This document shows positions 9,808 through 19,507 of a DNA stretch of 64,000 nucleotides, in pieces. The notes under the pieces are model-generated. The model made no database searches. It was not told where the DNA came from and worked only from the letters and a program-made list of their open reading frames with translations. Source of the stretch: an uncultured Bacillales bacterium. Its GTDB lineage: Bacteria; Bacillota_I; Bacilli_A; RFN20; CAG-288. Numbering within the stretch: the stretch's first letter is position 1; each line of letters starts with the position of its first letter. The position numbers and the translations under genes are program-made. The stretch spans positions 1,343-65,342 of the forward strand of contig CASEGJ010000010.1 of assembly GCA_949287425.1 (NCBI GenBank), given 5' to 3'.

Positions 9808-11163
9808 ATGAAAAAAATAGCCGCCATTTTACACAATAAAGATGTTCTAAACCGTATCATGTTTACGTTTGCCATCTTTCTGATTTTCAGAATAGGATCG
9901 GCTATAACCATACCTGGTGTTTCTATTTCATCTACTGGAATTGAATCAAGTGATATTTTATCGCTTCTTAATTTGATGGGTGGGGGAGCTTTGCAACAAT
10001 TTTCATTGTTTGCGTTAGGCGTTTCCCCTTACATCACTGCTCAAATTATCGTCCAGTTACTGCAAACTGATGTTCTACCGACATTAACTGAACTTTCTAA
10101 AGAAGGTGAATCAGGGCGTCATAAAATTGAAATGACAACTAGATATCTAACTATTTTATTAGGTATCGTTCAGGCTTATGGTATTATTGTTACAATGCAA
10201 AATTCTCAAGGCTTAACCTTGGAAGATAGTTCCGCTTGGGGCTTTACTAAAATTATCATCTACATGCTAGGTGGAACAATGCTACTTATGTGGTTAGGTG
10301 ATCAAATAACTGAAAAAGGTATCGGTAATGGTATATCTATGATTATCTTCGCTGGTATTGTTTCAGCTTTACCTCAGCAAATTATTGCGGCTTTCCAAGA
10401 ATATTTAGGTCAAAAAATCTTAACCAATGATGCGACTTTAATTTTGGAAGGTTCAGTACAATTGGCTTTGTATATAATTGGATTTGTAGTAATTATTATC
10501 TTTGTTACTTATATAGAGATTTCTGTAAGAAAGTTGCCAGTTTCTCATTCAGCTTCATCTCAATCGAAGACTTCTGAAACCGCTCAATCTTCTTTCTTAC
10601 CATTAAAGATAAACTCCGCTAGTGTTATTCCTGTAATTTTCGCCTCATCATTAATGATGGCTCCTGGTATTTTAGTATCATTTATAGCTGGTAGTAACCC
10701 ACCTAACTGGGCTAAACAGATGACTAATGTCTTCAACTATCAGATTTTAACTGAAATGCCTGGAATCAATGATGAAGTATGGTATATGCCATGGGGATTA
10801 ATTATCTATCTAGCCTTGATTGTCTTCTTTACTTTCTTCTATGCTAACCTTCAGATTAATCCTGAAAAGATGGCCCAAAATTTCCAAGAATCTGGAACCT
10901 ATATTACTGGTTTACGTCCTGGATTAGAAACTCAGCGTTATATTAGTAAAGTATTGAATAGAATCACTTTCCTAGGCGCTATGTCATTGATGTTAATCGC
11001 TGCTTTGCCAGTAGTATTATCGTTAACTGGTGCTGTTCCGACTTCGATGTCATTAGGCGGAACTGGTCTAATTATCGTTGTTGGTGTTACATTAGAAATT
11101 TCAAATCAAATTGATGGATTATTAGCTGGTAACAGCTATTCTCAAGGAGCAATTAGAAGATGA
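9808..11163 (+). CDS. secY: preprotein translocase SecY
   Basis: ALGVSPYITAQII, GIGNGIS, VIPVIFA, GGTGLIIVV; multi-TM. Confidence 0.99.
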   Translation: MKKIAAILHNKDVLNRIMFTFAIFLIFRIGSAITIPGVSISSTGIESSDILSLLNLMGGGALQQFSLFALGVSPYITAQIIVQLLQTDVLPTLTELSKEGESGRHKIEMTTRYLTILLGIVQAYGIIVTMQNSQGLTLEDSSAWGFTKIIIYMLGGTMLLMWLGDQITEKGIGNGISMIIFAGIVSALPQQIIAAFQEYLGQKILTNDATLILEGSVQLALYIIGFVVIIIFVTYIEISVRKLPVSHSASSQSKTSETAQSSFLPLKINSASVIPVIFASSLMMAPGILVSFIAGSNPPNWAKQMTNVFNYQILTEMPGINDEVWYMPWGLIIYLALIVFFTFFYANLQINPEKMAQNFQESGTYITGLRPGLETQRYISKVLNRITFLGAMSLMLIAALPVVLSLTGAVPTSMSLGGTGLIIVVGVTLEISNQIDGLLAGNSYSQGAIRR

Positions 11164-11819
11164 GTGAACAAAAATTAAATATTATTCTTATGGGTCCTCC
11201 TGGTGCTGGTAAAGGTACTCAGTCTGAACTCATTGTTTCTAAATTCGGCATTAAGCATCTATCGACGGGGGATATGTTTAGAGAAGCTATTTCTAAACAA
11301 ACCCCGCTAGGGCTTGAAGCAAAGTCATATATATCAAAAGGACTTCTTGTCCCTGATAGTGTGACTATAAATCTAGTTAAGGATTCTTTAGCTAATGATG
11401 AATGTGCAAATGGTTATCTCTTAGATGGATTTCCTAGAACAATCGTTCAAGCAGACGCTTTAGATGAATTAACTAAAAAAATTCAGCGTCCAATATTTAA
11501 AGTAATAAATATTCAAGCTGATGAAAAAATCTTGATAGAGAGAATAGTTTCTAGAAGAATCTGCCCTAATTGCGGAGCTAGTTACAATCTTAAATCTAAA
11601 AAACCTCTTGTCGATGGTGAATGTGATTTATGCCATAGTAAACTAGTCCAACGCGCTGATGATACTGAAGCTTCTTTCAAAACAAGATTAGATGCTTATC
11701 ATCAACAAACTCAACCTTTAATTGATTATTATCAAAAGAAGGGCTTATTGGTTAACGTCGATGGTTTGCAAGAAATTGATAAGGTCTTTAATGACATCTG
11801 CAAAGGATTAGGAAGGTAG
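11160..11819 (+). CDS. adk: adenylate kinase (Zn-lid)
   Basis: GPPGAGKGT, LDGFPR, CPNC..CDLC. Confidence 0.99.
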   Translation: MSEQKLNIILMGPPGAGKGTQSELIVSKFGIKHLSTGDMFREAISKQTPLGLEAKSYISKGLLVPDSVTINLVKDSLANDECANGYLLDGFPRTIVQADALDELTKKIQRPIFKVINIQADEKILIERIVSRRICPNCGASYNLKSKKPLVDGECDLCHSKLVQRADDTEASFKTRLDAYHQQTQPLIDYYQKKGLLVNVDGLQEIDKVFNDICKGLGR

Positions 11820-11824
11820 TATTA

Positions 11825-12610
11825 ATGATATATATTAAAACTGATTCTGAAATTCAAAAGATGATAGAGGCTGGTAAAATTCTCGGTCAGTGCTTCGATT
11901 TTCTAAAAGAGCATATTAAGCCAGGAATTTCTACTTGGGAACTAGATCATCTTGCAGAAAAGTTTTTAAAGCATCACCACTGCATCCCTTCTTTCAAAAA
12001 CTATGAAGGATATCCAGGGTCGATCTGTGCCTCGGTTAATGATGTATTGATTCATGGGATTCCTTCTAAGGATATCATCCTTAAAGAAGGAGATATTATT
12101 TCAATCGATATGGGGAATATCTATCATGGTTATCAAGCAGATGCGGCGAGAACTTACGGTGTTGGTGAAATTTCAAAAGAAGCTCAAAGATTAATTGAAT
12201 GTACACAAAAATGCTTCTTTGAAGCTTATCAACAAGCTAAAGTTGGAAATCATCTTTCCGATATATCCGCTAAAATTAGCGATGTGGCTAGTGAATATGG
12301 TTATTCTACTACTAAAGAATACGGCGGACATGGTATTGGAAAAGAAATGCACGAAGATCCATTTATCTTCAACTATGGTGAAAAAGGTCATGGTGTCATA
12401 TTAAGAAGAAATATGTGTCTAGCTATTGAACCTATGATTCATCAAGGTAGCGATAAGATAAGACAACTCGATGATGGTTGGGGGGTCGCTAGTGAAGATG
12501 GCAAATTAACCTGTCATTTTGAAAATACAATATATATCGATAATGATGGGCCACATATCACTACTATCGATTCTATTGTGGAAGGATATTTAAGTAATGT
12601 CGAGAGATAA
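11825..12610 (+). CDS. map: methionine aminopeptidase type I
   Basis: HGIP, IDMG, DAAR, GHGIG..MHEDP, IEPM, HFE. Confidence 0.99.
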   Translation: MIYIKTDSEIQKMIEAGKILGQCFDFLKEHIKPGISTWELDHLAEKFLKHHHCIPSFKNYEGYPGSICASVNDVLIHGIPSKDIILKEGDIISIDMGNIYHGYQADAARTYGVGEISKEAQRLIECTQKCFFEAYQQAKVGNHLSDISAKISDVASEYGYSTTKEYGGHGIGKEMHEDPFIFNYGEKGHGVILRRNMCLAIEPMIHQGSDKIRQLDDGWGVASEDGKLTCHFENTIYIDNDGPHITTIDSIVEGYLSNVER

Positions 12611-12815
12611 TTTTATTGTTGTAGAGGCTACTGTTGAGGAAATTTTCCCTCAATACTATTCATTGAAACTTGAAAACGGAACAGTGATTAAGGCTACCGT
12701 TTCCGGTAAAATGCGCATGCACAAGATCCGTATCTTACCGGGTGATCGTGTCACTGTTGAACTCTCGCCATATGATTTAACACGGGGCCGAATTACTTAT
12801 CGTCATAAGAACTGA
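12597..12815 (+). CDS. infA: translation initiation factor IF-1
   Basis: [26 protein letters not shown]. Confidence 0.99.
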   Translation: MSRDNFIVVEATVEEIFPQYYSLKLENGTVIKATVSGKMRMHKIRILPGDRVTVELSPYDLTRGRITYRHKN

Positions 12816-12841
12816 TAATCTAGGAGGAAAAATTAAATACT

Positions 12842-12955
12842 ATGAAAGTCAGACCATCAGTTAAACCTATTTGTGATAAGTGTAGAGTTATTAGAAGAAA
12901 AGGACGCGTTATGGTCATTTGTTCTAATCCTAAACACAAACAAAGACAAGGTTAA
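12842..12955 (+). CDS. rpmJ: 50S ribosomal protein L36 (not in ORF track)
   Basis: Manual translation [37 protein letters not shown]; SD AGGAGG. Confidence 0.99.
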   Translation: MKVRPSVKPICDKCRVIRRKGRVMVICSNPKHKQRQG

Positions 12956-12981
12956 TATTTTTGAAAGGAATTTATTAAGAT

Positions 12982-13362
12982 ATGGCAAGAATTGCTGGGG
13001 TTGATATCCCTAATGATAAATTAGTTGAATATTCTTTAACTTATATCCATGGAATTGGCATTTCCACAGCTAAAAAGATTGTTGCTGAGGCTAAAGTCGA
13101 TCCTACCAAAAGAGTTAAAGACTTATCTGAACAAGAAATCACCGCTATTAGAAACACTATTGCTAATGGCAATTATAAAGTTGAAGGTGATTTAAGAAGA
13201 GAAGTTAATCTCAATATTAAAAGGCTTATGGAAATTGGTTGTTACCGCGGTAATAGACATAAGAAAAATTTACCATGCCGTGGTCAAAGAACCAAGACCA
13301 ATGCTAGAACCTGTAAAGGTCCTAGAAAGACTGTAGCTAACAAGAAAGTTGCTACCATGTAA
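12982..13362 (+). CDS. rpsM: 30S ribosomal protein S13
   Basis: [21 protein letters not shown]. Confidence 0.99.
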   Translation: MARIAGVDIPNDKLVEYSLTYIHGIGISTAKKIVAEAKVDPTKRVKDLSEQEITAIRNTIANGNYKVEGDLRREVNLNIKRLMEIGCYRGNRHKKNLPCRGQRTKTNARTCKGPRKTVANKKVATM

Positions 13363-13378
13363 TTAAGGAGCATGTAAA

Positions 13379-13786
13379 ATGGCAAGTACAAATAAGAAAA
13401 AGACTGGCAAGAAATTATCTAAAAAAGCCAGCAAGTTAAATTTCCAACGTGGTATAGCTCATATTCACGCTTCATTTAATAACACTATAGTATCAATTAC
13501 TGATCCTAACGGTATGGTTATCGCTTGGGCATCTGCTGGTACTATCGGTTATTCCGGTTCTAAAAAATCTACTCCTTTTGCTGCTCAGGTTGCTGCTGAT
13601 CAAGTTGCTAAAGCTTGTATCGATAGAGGTTTAAAGCAAGTTGATGTTAATGTTAAAGGACCTGGTTCAGGTCGTGAATCAGCTGTTAGAGCTTTGCAAG
13701 CTGCTGGCTTACAAATTCTTTCTATCTCTGATGTAACTCCTGTTCCACATAATGGATGCCGTCCACCAAAGCGCCCTAGAGGCTAA
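13379..13786 (+). CDS. rpsK: 30S ribosomal protein S11
   Basis: [26 protein letters not shown]. Confidence 0.99.
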   Translation: MASTNKKKTGKKLSKKASKLNFQRGIAHIHASFNNTIVSITDPNGMVIAWASAGTIGYSGSKKSTPFAAQVAADQVAKACIDRGLKQVDVNVKGPGSGRESAVRALQAAGLQILSISDVTPVPHNGCRPPKRPRG

Positions 13787-13805
13787 TAAATAAGGAGGGA
13801 AATAA

Positions 13806-14765
13806 ATGAAAACATTTCACGATAGTCGTTTTGAATTAGTCGCTTCTAAACCAGAAGAAAATTTCGCTACATATACTTTATCACCTTTAGAAGGTGGTTT
13901 TGGTATTACAATTGGTAATGCGATGAGAAGAGTCTTACTCTCTTCTATTCCTGGTGCTAGCATTTTTTCTATCCAAATTGATGGAGCTAGACATGAGTTT
14001 ACTCCTCTTGATGGTGTTGAAGAAGATGTTACTGCCATCGTCTTAAATATGAAATCTTTAGTTATTTCTATCGATTCAGAAGAAGATGATGACACTCCAA
14101 GAATATTAACTGTCGATGTTAATGGACCTAAGACTGTCACTGCTGGTGATTTAGTTGTCCCTCACGATGTTAAAGTTATCAATCCTGATTTAGTTATCTG
14201 TCATGTTGCCGAAGGTGGTCATTTTAAAATGGAAGCTCAAGCTAACAAAGGTAGAGGCTATATCAGCTATGATACCAATAAAAAGATTTACAATTTCCCA
14301 AACGGGGTTATTGCTACTGATTCACTTTATTCACCTATAGTTAAAGTAAATTACACCACTATTCCTACCCGTGTTGAACACGACACTAATTACGATACTT
14401 TACGTTTAGATGTATGGACTAATGGTGCTATTACACCTGAAGCTGCAGTCGCTCTAGCTTCTAAGATTCTCATCGAACATTTCAAAAAGTTCGAAGAATT
14501 AGATGATAAGATTGCTGATGTTACTATCTTTGATAGTCATACTGAAAATCCTGCATCTAAAGCTGACGATATGACTATTGAAGATTTGGATTTATCTGTC
14601 CGTTCTTACAACTGCTTAAAGAGAGCTTCAATTTCAACAGTTTCTGAACTTTGTTCTAAGACTGAAGAAGAGATGATTAAAGTTAGAAATCTCGGTAAGA
14701 AATCACTAAAAGAAGTCAAAGAAAGACTAGCTGCTATGGGTAAATCTTTCCGCGACTCTAAATAA
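13806..14765 (+). CDS. rpoA: RNA polymerase alpha subunit
   Basis: GITIGNAMRRVLLS, LSVRSYNCLKR, NLGKKS. Confidence 0.99.
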   Translation: MKTFHDSRFELVASKPEENFATYTLSPLEGGFGITIGNAMRRVLLSSIPGASIFSIQIDGARHEFTPLDGVEEDVTAIVLNMKSLVISIDSEEDDDTPRILTVDVNGPKTVTAGDLVVPHDVKVINPDLVICHVAEGGHFKMEAQANKGRGYISYDTNKKIYNFPNGVIATDSLYSPIVKVNYTTIPTRVEHDTNYDTLRLDVWTNGAITPEAAVALASKILIEHFKKFEELDDKIADVTIFDSHTENPASKADDMTIEDLDLSVRSYNCLKRASISTVSELCSKTEEEMIKVRNLGKKSLKEVKERLAAMGKSFRDSK

Positions 14766-14778
14766 GGAGACTATATAA

Positions 14779-15183
14779 ATGAAAACTCAAGGTCGTAAAA
14801 ACGTACATGGTAAAGGTGGTGTTCGCTTTAAGGCTGCATATACCACTTCTAAAGACAAATCAATGTTAAGAAACGTCGTTACTCAACTTATCATTTCTGG
14901 TAAAGTTGAAGTTACATATACTGTTGCTAAACAAGTTTCACCAATCGCTGATAGATTAGTAACATACGCCAAGAAAGGTGATCTTGCTAGCATTAGACAA
15001 GCCGCTAGATTTGTTAGAGATGTCTATACTGATAAAACTGAATCAATGACCGCTTTACAAAAGCTATTCAAAGAAATTGGTCCTAAGTTTAAAGATAGAA
15101 ATGGCGGATATACTCGTATTCTTAAACTCGACAACAGAAAAGGAGATAACGCCCCTATCTGTTTAGTTAGCTTTGTCGCTTAA
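14779..15183 (+). CDS. rplQ: 50S ribosomal protein L17
   Basis: RNGGYTRILK, RKGDNA; follows rpoA; divergent N-terminus. Confidence 0.97.
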   Translation: MKTQGRKNVHGKGGVRFKAAYTTSKDKSMLRNVVTQLIISGKVEVTYTVAKQVSPIADRLVTYAKKGDLASIRQAARFVRDVYTDKTESMTALQKLFKEIGPKFKDRNGGYTRILKLDNRKGDNAPICLVSFVA

Positions 15184-15198
15184 TTAAAATCTATTTAT

Positions 15199-15230
15199 AG
15201 CTAGCATCATACTAAGGTGCTAGCTTTTTT
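15199..15230 (+). terminator. intrinsic terminator of the r-protein superoperon
   Basis: AGCTAGCATC-loop-GGTGCTAGCT followed by T-tract. Confidence 0.9.
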
Positions 15231-15248
15231 AGTATAATTATTTTGTAT

Positions 15249-16469
15249 ATGAAATCGTTAAAAGAGCTTTTAATTAAAGGTCCTGGTCCTTCTTCATCTC
15301 ATACTATCGGTCCATATAGAATTTGTTTAGATTTTTTATCTAAATTAGATAAATCAAAGGTTTATATTTCTTATAAGGTTACTTTATATGGATCACTAGG
15401 TTTAACAGGGAAAGGTCATTTTACAAATAAAGTAATTAAAGATGTTTTTAAAGATAAAGATATTGAAATTGTTTTTAATCCATCTTTTGAAGGATTAGTT
15501 CATCCAAATACGATGGAATTAATCGCATATGATAGTTTTCACAAGCAATTTAAGTTAAGATATATTTCTATTGGTGGAGGATCTTTTTGCTTAGAAAATC
15601 AGTCATTACAAACTAACGATTGTTATCCATTTAACAGTTTTGAAGAACTAAAAAAGATCATGATGGATGATAAAATTGAGGATATATATAAACTTATTGA
15701 AAAATATGATGAAAAAGATATTTTTAATTATGGAAAAGAATTAATAGAATTTTCATTTCAAACAATTGAAGATGAAATAAATTCTGAAAGTGTTATTTTA
15801 CCTCCGTTTGGATTAAATACTGTCGCAAATAAAATATATAAACAAGCAAATACAATCAAAAATATAGAAGAAAAAAGAAGTATGTTGTTAACTAGTTTTG
15901 CATATGCAGTTGCAGAGGCAAATTCGCAAGGAAAGCAAATTGTAACTACACCTACTTGTGGAGCTAGTGGGGTAGTGCCTAGTTTACTTTATTATGAGTA
16001 TAAATATAAAAATAAATCTATCGATGAAATTACTAAAGCTTTTTTAGTCGGCGGATTAATATGTAATTTTATAAAGACAAACGCCTCAGTTAGTGGAGCT
16101 TTATTAGGCTGTCAAGCTGAAATAGGTTCAGCCAGTTGTTTTGCTAGTGCTAGCTTAGCTTACTTAAATAAATTAAGTGTTTATCAAATTGAATATGCTA
16201 GTGAAGTAGCGATGGAACATTTTTTAGGATTAACTTGCGATCCAGTCGGTGGTTATGTTCAAATTCCGTGTATTGAAAGAAATGGAATTGCAGCAATTCA
16301 CGCTTACTCTTCTTATTTATTTGCTAAAAATATTTCTTTATATAGGACAAATAAAATTTCATTTGATAATGTTATAAAAGCGATGAAAGAAACCGGTATG
16401 AAAATGGATGTCGCTTTAAAAGAAACAAGTCTAGGTGGATTAGCTAAATTATTTACAAATAAATGTTAA
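15249..16469 (+). CDS. sdaA: Fe-S L-serine dehydratase, single-chain
   Basis: GPGPSSSHTIGP, GSL..TGKGH, PTCGASG, GCQAEIG, GLTCDP, QIPCIERN, ETSLGGLA. Confidence 0.95.
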   Translation: MKSLKELLIKGPGPSSSHTIGPYRICLDFLSKLDKSKVYISYKVTLYGSLGLTGKGHFTNKVIKDVFKDKDIEIVFNPSFEGLVHPNTMELIAYDSFHKQFKLRYISIGGGSFCLENQSLQTNDCYPFNSFEELKKIMMDDKIEDIYKLIEKYDEKDIFNYGKELIEFSFQTIEDEINSESVILPPFGLNTVANKIYKQANTIKNIEEKRSMLLTSFAYAVAEANSQGKQIVTTPTCGASGVVPSLLYYEYKYKNKSIDEITKAFLVGGLICNFIKTNASVSGALLGCQAEIGSASCFASASLAYLNKLSVYQIEYASEVAMEHFLGLTCDPVGGYVQIPCIERNGIAAIHAYSSYLFAKNISLYRTNKISFDNVIKAMKETGMKMDVALKETSLGGLAKLFTNKC

Positions 16470-16470
16470 T

Positions 16471-16496
16471 AAAAAAAGATGTTAATTATAACATCT
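16471..16496 (-). terminator. terminator after tRNA-Thr (convergent with sdaA)
   Basis: AGATGTTA/TAACATCT inverted repeat with A-tract on + strand. Confidence 0.65.
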
Positions 16497-16569
16497 GGTG
16501 CCGCTTGGTCGAATCGAACGGCCAATGGAGGTTTACGATACCTCTGTTTTACCATTAAACTAAAGCGGC
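16496..16569 (-). tRNA. tRNA-Thr(CGU), atypical
   Basis: Reverse complement folds GCCGCTT/AAGCGGC acceptor, GAGGT-ATCGTAA-ACCTC anticodon arm, TTCGATT loop, ACCA end. Confidence 0.9.
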
Positions 16570-16607
16570 GTCTAGTTAATTTTATTATATTGATATTACT
16601 TTTTCAA

Positions 16608-16637
16608 TAAAAAAGGAAGGCTAGTTAAACCTTCCTT
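16608..16637 (-). terminator. mscL terminator
   Basis: AAGGAAGG/CCTTCCTT stem with A-tract on + strand. Confidence 0.8.
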
Positions 16638-16655
16638 AAATGCGATAAATTTTAA

Positions 16656-17429
16656 TTATTTACCTTGTTTTTCTAACAACTCTTTAATAGCTTTTAAGGT
16701 ATCGAGTTGCTCTTGCTTCATATTTTCTTCTTTTTCTAAAGCGAGTTTAGCTTGGTTAGCAGCTTCAGCATCTTTAGCTTGTTTTTCTAATTCAGCTTTC
16801 TTGGCATTATAAGCATCTTCATACATAAATCCAGATTTAAGTTGCATTTGAGCTTCATAGTTCTTTCTTTTAGCTTGTAAATAAGTGAAGACTTTTAAAA
16901 TGACAAATAAAGTTAAAGCAATAATTAAGAAGGAAATTACAGCGTTGATAAATGCACCCCAATTAATGGTGGCAGATTGATTGTAGACATAGGTAGTTCC
17001 ATAAAGAGAATATTTAGATAAAATAGTAGTCTTCATAGATTCAATGATAGCAGCAGTAGGATTAGCATCACCATATAAAGAAACAGCGTAGGCTTTAGCT
17101 AAATCTTGTAAGTCGGCAGCTTGGAAAGTTTGACCTAAACCAGTAGCAGCGCTTAAACCTTTTTGAGAATTATTTAAAGCAGGTAAGACAGTAATTAATC
17201 CAGATAAACCACCTGGGACAGACCAAGTACAAACAGAAAGTAAGATGTTAGTAACAGAAGTAACAATGCTACCAAAGGCAGCACCCATGATAACACCAAC
17301 AGCCATGTCAACGACGTTACCTCTAGTAATAAAACTCTTAAATTCTTTTACTAGTTTTGATTGCTTTTTAATTTTTAGATTGTTAGGATTAGCAGGATCA
17401 TTAACAACTTCAGTTTTCTTTTCTTCCAT
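16656..17429 (-). CDS. mscL: large-conductance mechanosensitive channel with expanded loop
   Basis: [25 protein letters not shown]; [16 protein letters not shown]; L..IKELL; start after SD AAAGGA. Confidence 0.92.
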   Translation of the reverse strand: MEEKKTEVVNDPANPNNLKIKKQSKLVKEFKSFITRGNVVDMAVGVIMGAAFGSIVTSVTNILLSVCTWSVPGGLSGLITVLPALNNSQKGLSAATGLGQTFQAADLQDLAKAYAVSLYGDANPTAAIIESMKTTILSKYSLYGTTYVYNQSATINWGAFINAVISFLIIALTLFVILKVFTYLQAKRKNYEAQMQLKSGFMYEDAYNAKKAELEKQAKDAEAANQAKLALEKEENMKQEQLDTLKAIKELLEKQGK

Positions 17430-17470
17430 AAAAAAATCCTTTCGATAATATATCAACAAAAAATATTATA

Positions 17471-18409
17471 TCAATAAATGAATTTATTTATAAAGGAAAT
17501 AAGAAATTCCTTATATTTTTTTTCGCTGACAATTATTCCCATACCATGATAAGCGTTTTGCAATATCAATTTAGATTTGAAAATATTTTCATTGATGGAA
17601 TTATAATTTTCATCAAGCATATAGAAAGGGACTATTTTATCTATGGTACCATGTATTAATAAAACAGGTAATTTAGACGATTTAAGCGATTTTTTTGGAT
17701 AAATTTTGCTAATGGGAATTTTATGTAGAAAGCATTGAAACAATATTGAAAAATATATGAAATGAATAGCGATGGATGAATGAAATTTTTTGGAGATGGA
17801 ATATTTTAAGATTTCTTTAGTTGATGAATAAGCAGAATCGGCAATTAAACACTTTACGTTTTTGGGTAAATTGAAACTTGCGATATTTAGGCAAGTTGCA
17901 GCCCCCATTGAAAAGCCAAAGACAGCAATTTTAGATAAAGGATCATATTCGATTATTTTGTTAATCCACTTTTGCAAATCAAAAGATTCATAATAACCAA
18001 AGCTCGTATATTTAGCTTTTGATAGATTATGAGCTCGTTGCTCAATCATAAGAATGTTAAATCCATTATCATACATGTACTTTGCATGCAAAGATACTTC
18101 TTTGTAAGTACCTTTATAACCATGTAAGCACACAAAATATTTATGTGAGTTATTTTTTAAAAAATGAGCATAGAAATTAGTGCTTTTGTTGATTTTTAGT
18201 TCCCATAGTTCAAAATTAGGATTATTTAAGAAATATTTGTCGTATTTTAAAACCTGTTTTTTATCTGGTGAAGTAAGTTCGTGAATGTTTCTATTTGGAT
18301 TTATTTTAAAAATTAAATTGAACATTTTCAAAGAAAAAGCCAAAAAGATAGCAATAAGTATTATTAATAAAATCGATATAACGATAATTATGTAAGTGAC
18401 TATATCCAT
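17471..18409 (-). CDS. membrane-anchored alpha/beta hydrolase
   Basis: N-terminal TM, LHGY, GFSMG nucleophile elbow, HGTID, YH; start uncertain. Confidence 0.88.
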   Translation of the reverse strand: MDIVTYIIIVISILLIILIAIFLAFSLKMFNLIFKINPNRNIHELTSPDKKQVLKYDKYFLNNPNFELWELKINKSTNFYAHFLKNNSHKYFVCLHGYKGTYKEVSLHAKYMYDNGFNILMIEQRAHNLSKAKYTSFGYYESFDLQKWINKIIEYDPLSKIAVFGFSMGAATCLNIASFNLPKNVKCLIADSAYSSTKEILKYSISKKFHSSIAIHFIYFSILFQCFLHKIPISKIYPKKSLKSSKLPVLLIHGTIDKIVPFYMLDENYNSINENIFKSKLILQNAYHGMGIIVSEKKYKEFLISFINKFIY

Positions 18410-18425
18410 GTTAATAAGCATTAAT

Positions 18426-18446
18426 AAAACCGACATATTGTCGGTA
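18426..18446 (-). terminator. terminator after tRNA-Gly(CCC)
   Basis: ACCGACA/TGTCGGT hairpin with T-tract on minus strand. Confidence 0.75.
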
Positions 18447-18452
18447 AAAAAA

Positions 18453-18526
18453 TGGAGCAACCAACGGGAATCGAACCCGCATCAAATGCTTGGGAAGCAT
18501 TAGTTTTACCACTAAACTATGGCTGC
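18453..18526 (-). tRNA. tRNA-Gly(CCC)
   Basis: GCAGCCA/TGGTTGC acceptor, AATGC-TTCCCAA-GCATT, U73, CCA. Confidence 0.96.
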
Positions 18527-18723
18527 GTAACTAAATTTTACCATAAAAATTGACAATTGCAAAAAAACATAATTTAGAAAGAGCAATTTTGTGTAAAAAA
18601 AGTTAGAAAAATATTAAAAACGATGTTAATTTTTATTGTAAATATGTTATATTTATTATAGATGGTGATAGCCATTTTTCGATGTTTATTCATTAGTTTA
18701 TTTAAGAAAGATTTTAGTATAAT

Positions 18724-19500
18724 ATGCCAAATATTCAGTTTTATATAGATTTAGGTTTTTCAGTAGCAATAGCTGCGTTATTTATGTTCTTAATCATATA
18801 CAAAGTCAAGAAAAAGTTCGTTTGGTTGACTTTTGGAATTGAACTTGTTCTTATGATTATTTTTGGGTTTACTGGTTTAACTATTTCCACGTTCATTGTC
18901 TTAGGCGTTTTTATAGTTACAGGTTGTTTAGTCGTTTTTGTTAATCTTGGTGAATTGAGAACTTATTTTTCAAATTCTATATCTCACGCTAGAGTTAATT
19001 CCAAAGAATTGAGTCAGGTATCACGTGAAAAGTTGGCTAAAAATATCACTACAGCGGTCAAATGGCTTTCTGATACTAGAACAGGGGCTTTAATAACTTT
19101 TGAAAGAAGCGATTCATTAAATAAATATATTGATTCAGGAACAATCATTAATTGTCCAGTAACTCCTGAAATTATTGAAACTATATTTTATGAAGGGACC
19201 CGTCTTCATGATGGTGCTATTATAATTAGAGGTAATATTATTGTCGCAGCTAGTGTATTTTTTACAGCAACTACTAGAAATTTAGTCGGTAAATATGGTG
19301 CTAGACATCGTGCTGCATTAGGAGTAAGTGAAGCTACTGATTCAATTACTATTGTTGTTTCTGAAGAAACTGGAAGAATTTCAATCGCTTATGCTGGAAT
19401 TTTAGAGTCAGTTAAATACGATGAATTTGAAAAGGTCTTTTCCACATTTATGCTTTCACCTTCGATTGAGTCTAAAAAGAAGGATATCGATTCTTTATAA
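18724..19500 (+). CDS. dacA: diadenylate cyclase (CdaA/DacA)
   Basis: 3 N-terminal TM segments, GALI, LHDGA, GARHRAA, VSEETG. Confidence 0.95.
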   Translation: MPNIQFYIDLGFSVAIAALFMFLIIYKVKKKFVWLTFGIELVLMIIFGFTGLTISTFIVLGVFIVTGCLVVFVNLGELRTYFSNSISHARVNSKELSQVSREKLAKNITTAVKWLSDTRTGALITFERSDSLNKYIDSGTIINCPVTPEIIETIFYEGTRLHDGAIIIRGNIIVAASVFFTATTRNLVGKYGARHRAALGVSEATDSITIVVSEETGRISIAYAGILESVKYDEFEKVFSTFMLSPSIESKKKDIDSL

Positions 19501-19507
19501 TAGTCTT

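Noticed and set aside
7414-13362. Arg-codon reassignment (AGG to Met, CGG/CGA to Trp) or UGA to Trp, reported for some uncultured Bacilli and Mollicutes
   Set aside because: AGG occurs at conserved Arg sites (S8 LKRISKPG, S13 NIKRL). CGG and CGA encode the Arg residues of IF-1 DLTRGRI (12783, 12789). TGA ends secY and infA at the expected places, and the conserved Trp sites checked use TGG. These were spot checks only.
13786-13806. Absence of rpsD between rpsK and rpoA
   Set aside because: Normal for Bacilli, where rpsD is encoded elsewhere.
16496-18526. tRNA-flanked mscL/hydrolase block, or other tRNA neighbourhoods, as integrated islands
   Set aside because: No integrase or transposase and no duplicated tRNA 3' end (att) seen.
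18527-18723. c-di-AMP riboswitch or sRNA upstream of dacA
   Set aside because: AT-rich divergent promoter region with only a 4-bp hairpin; no ydaO-type motifs.
19421-19507. Long dacA/Nudix and glgB/glgP overlaps suggesting frameshift fusions
   Set aside because: They disappear when downstream ATGs (19508, 52318) are used; both upstream proteins end complete.
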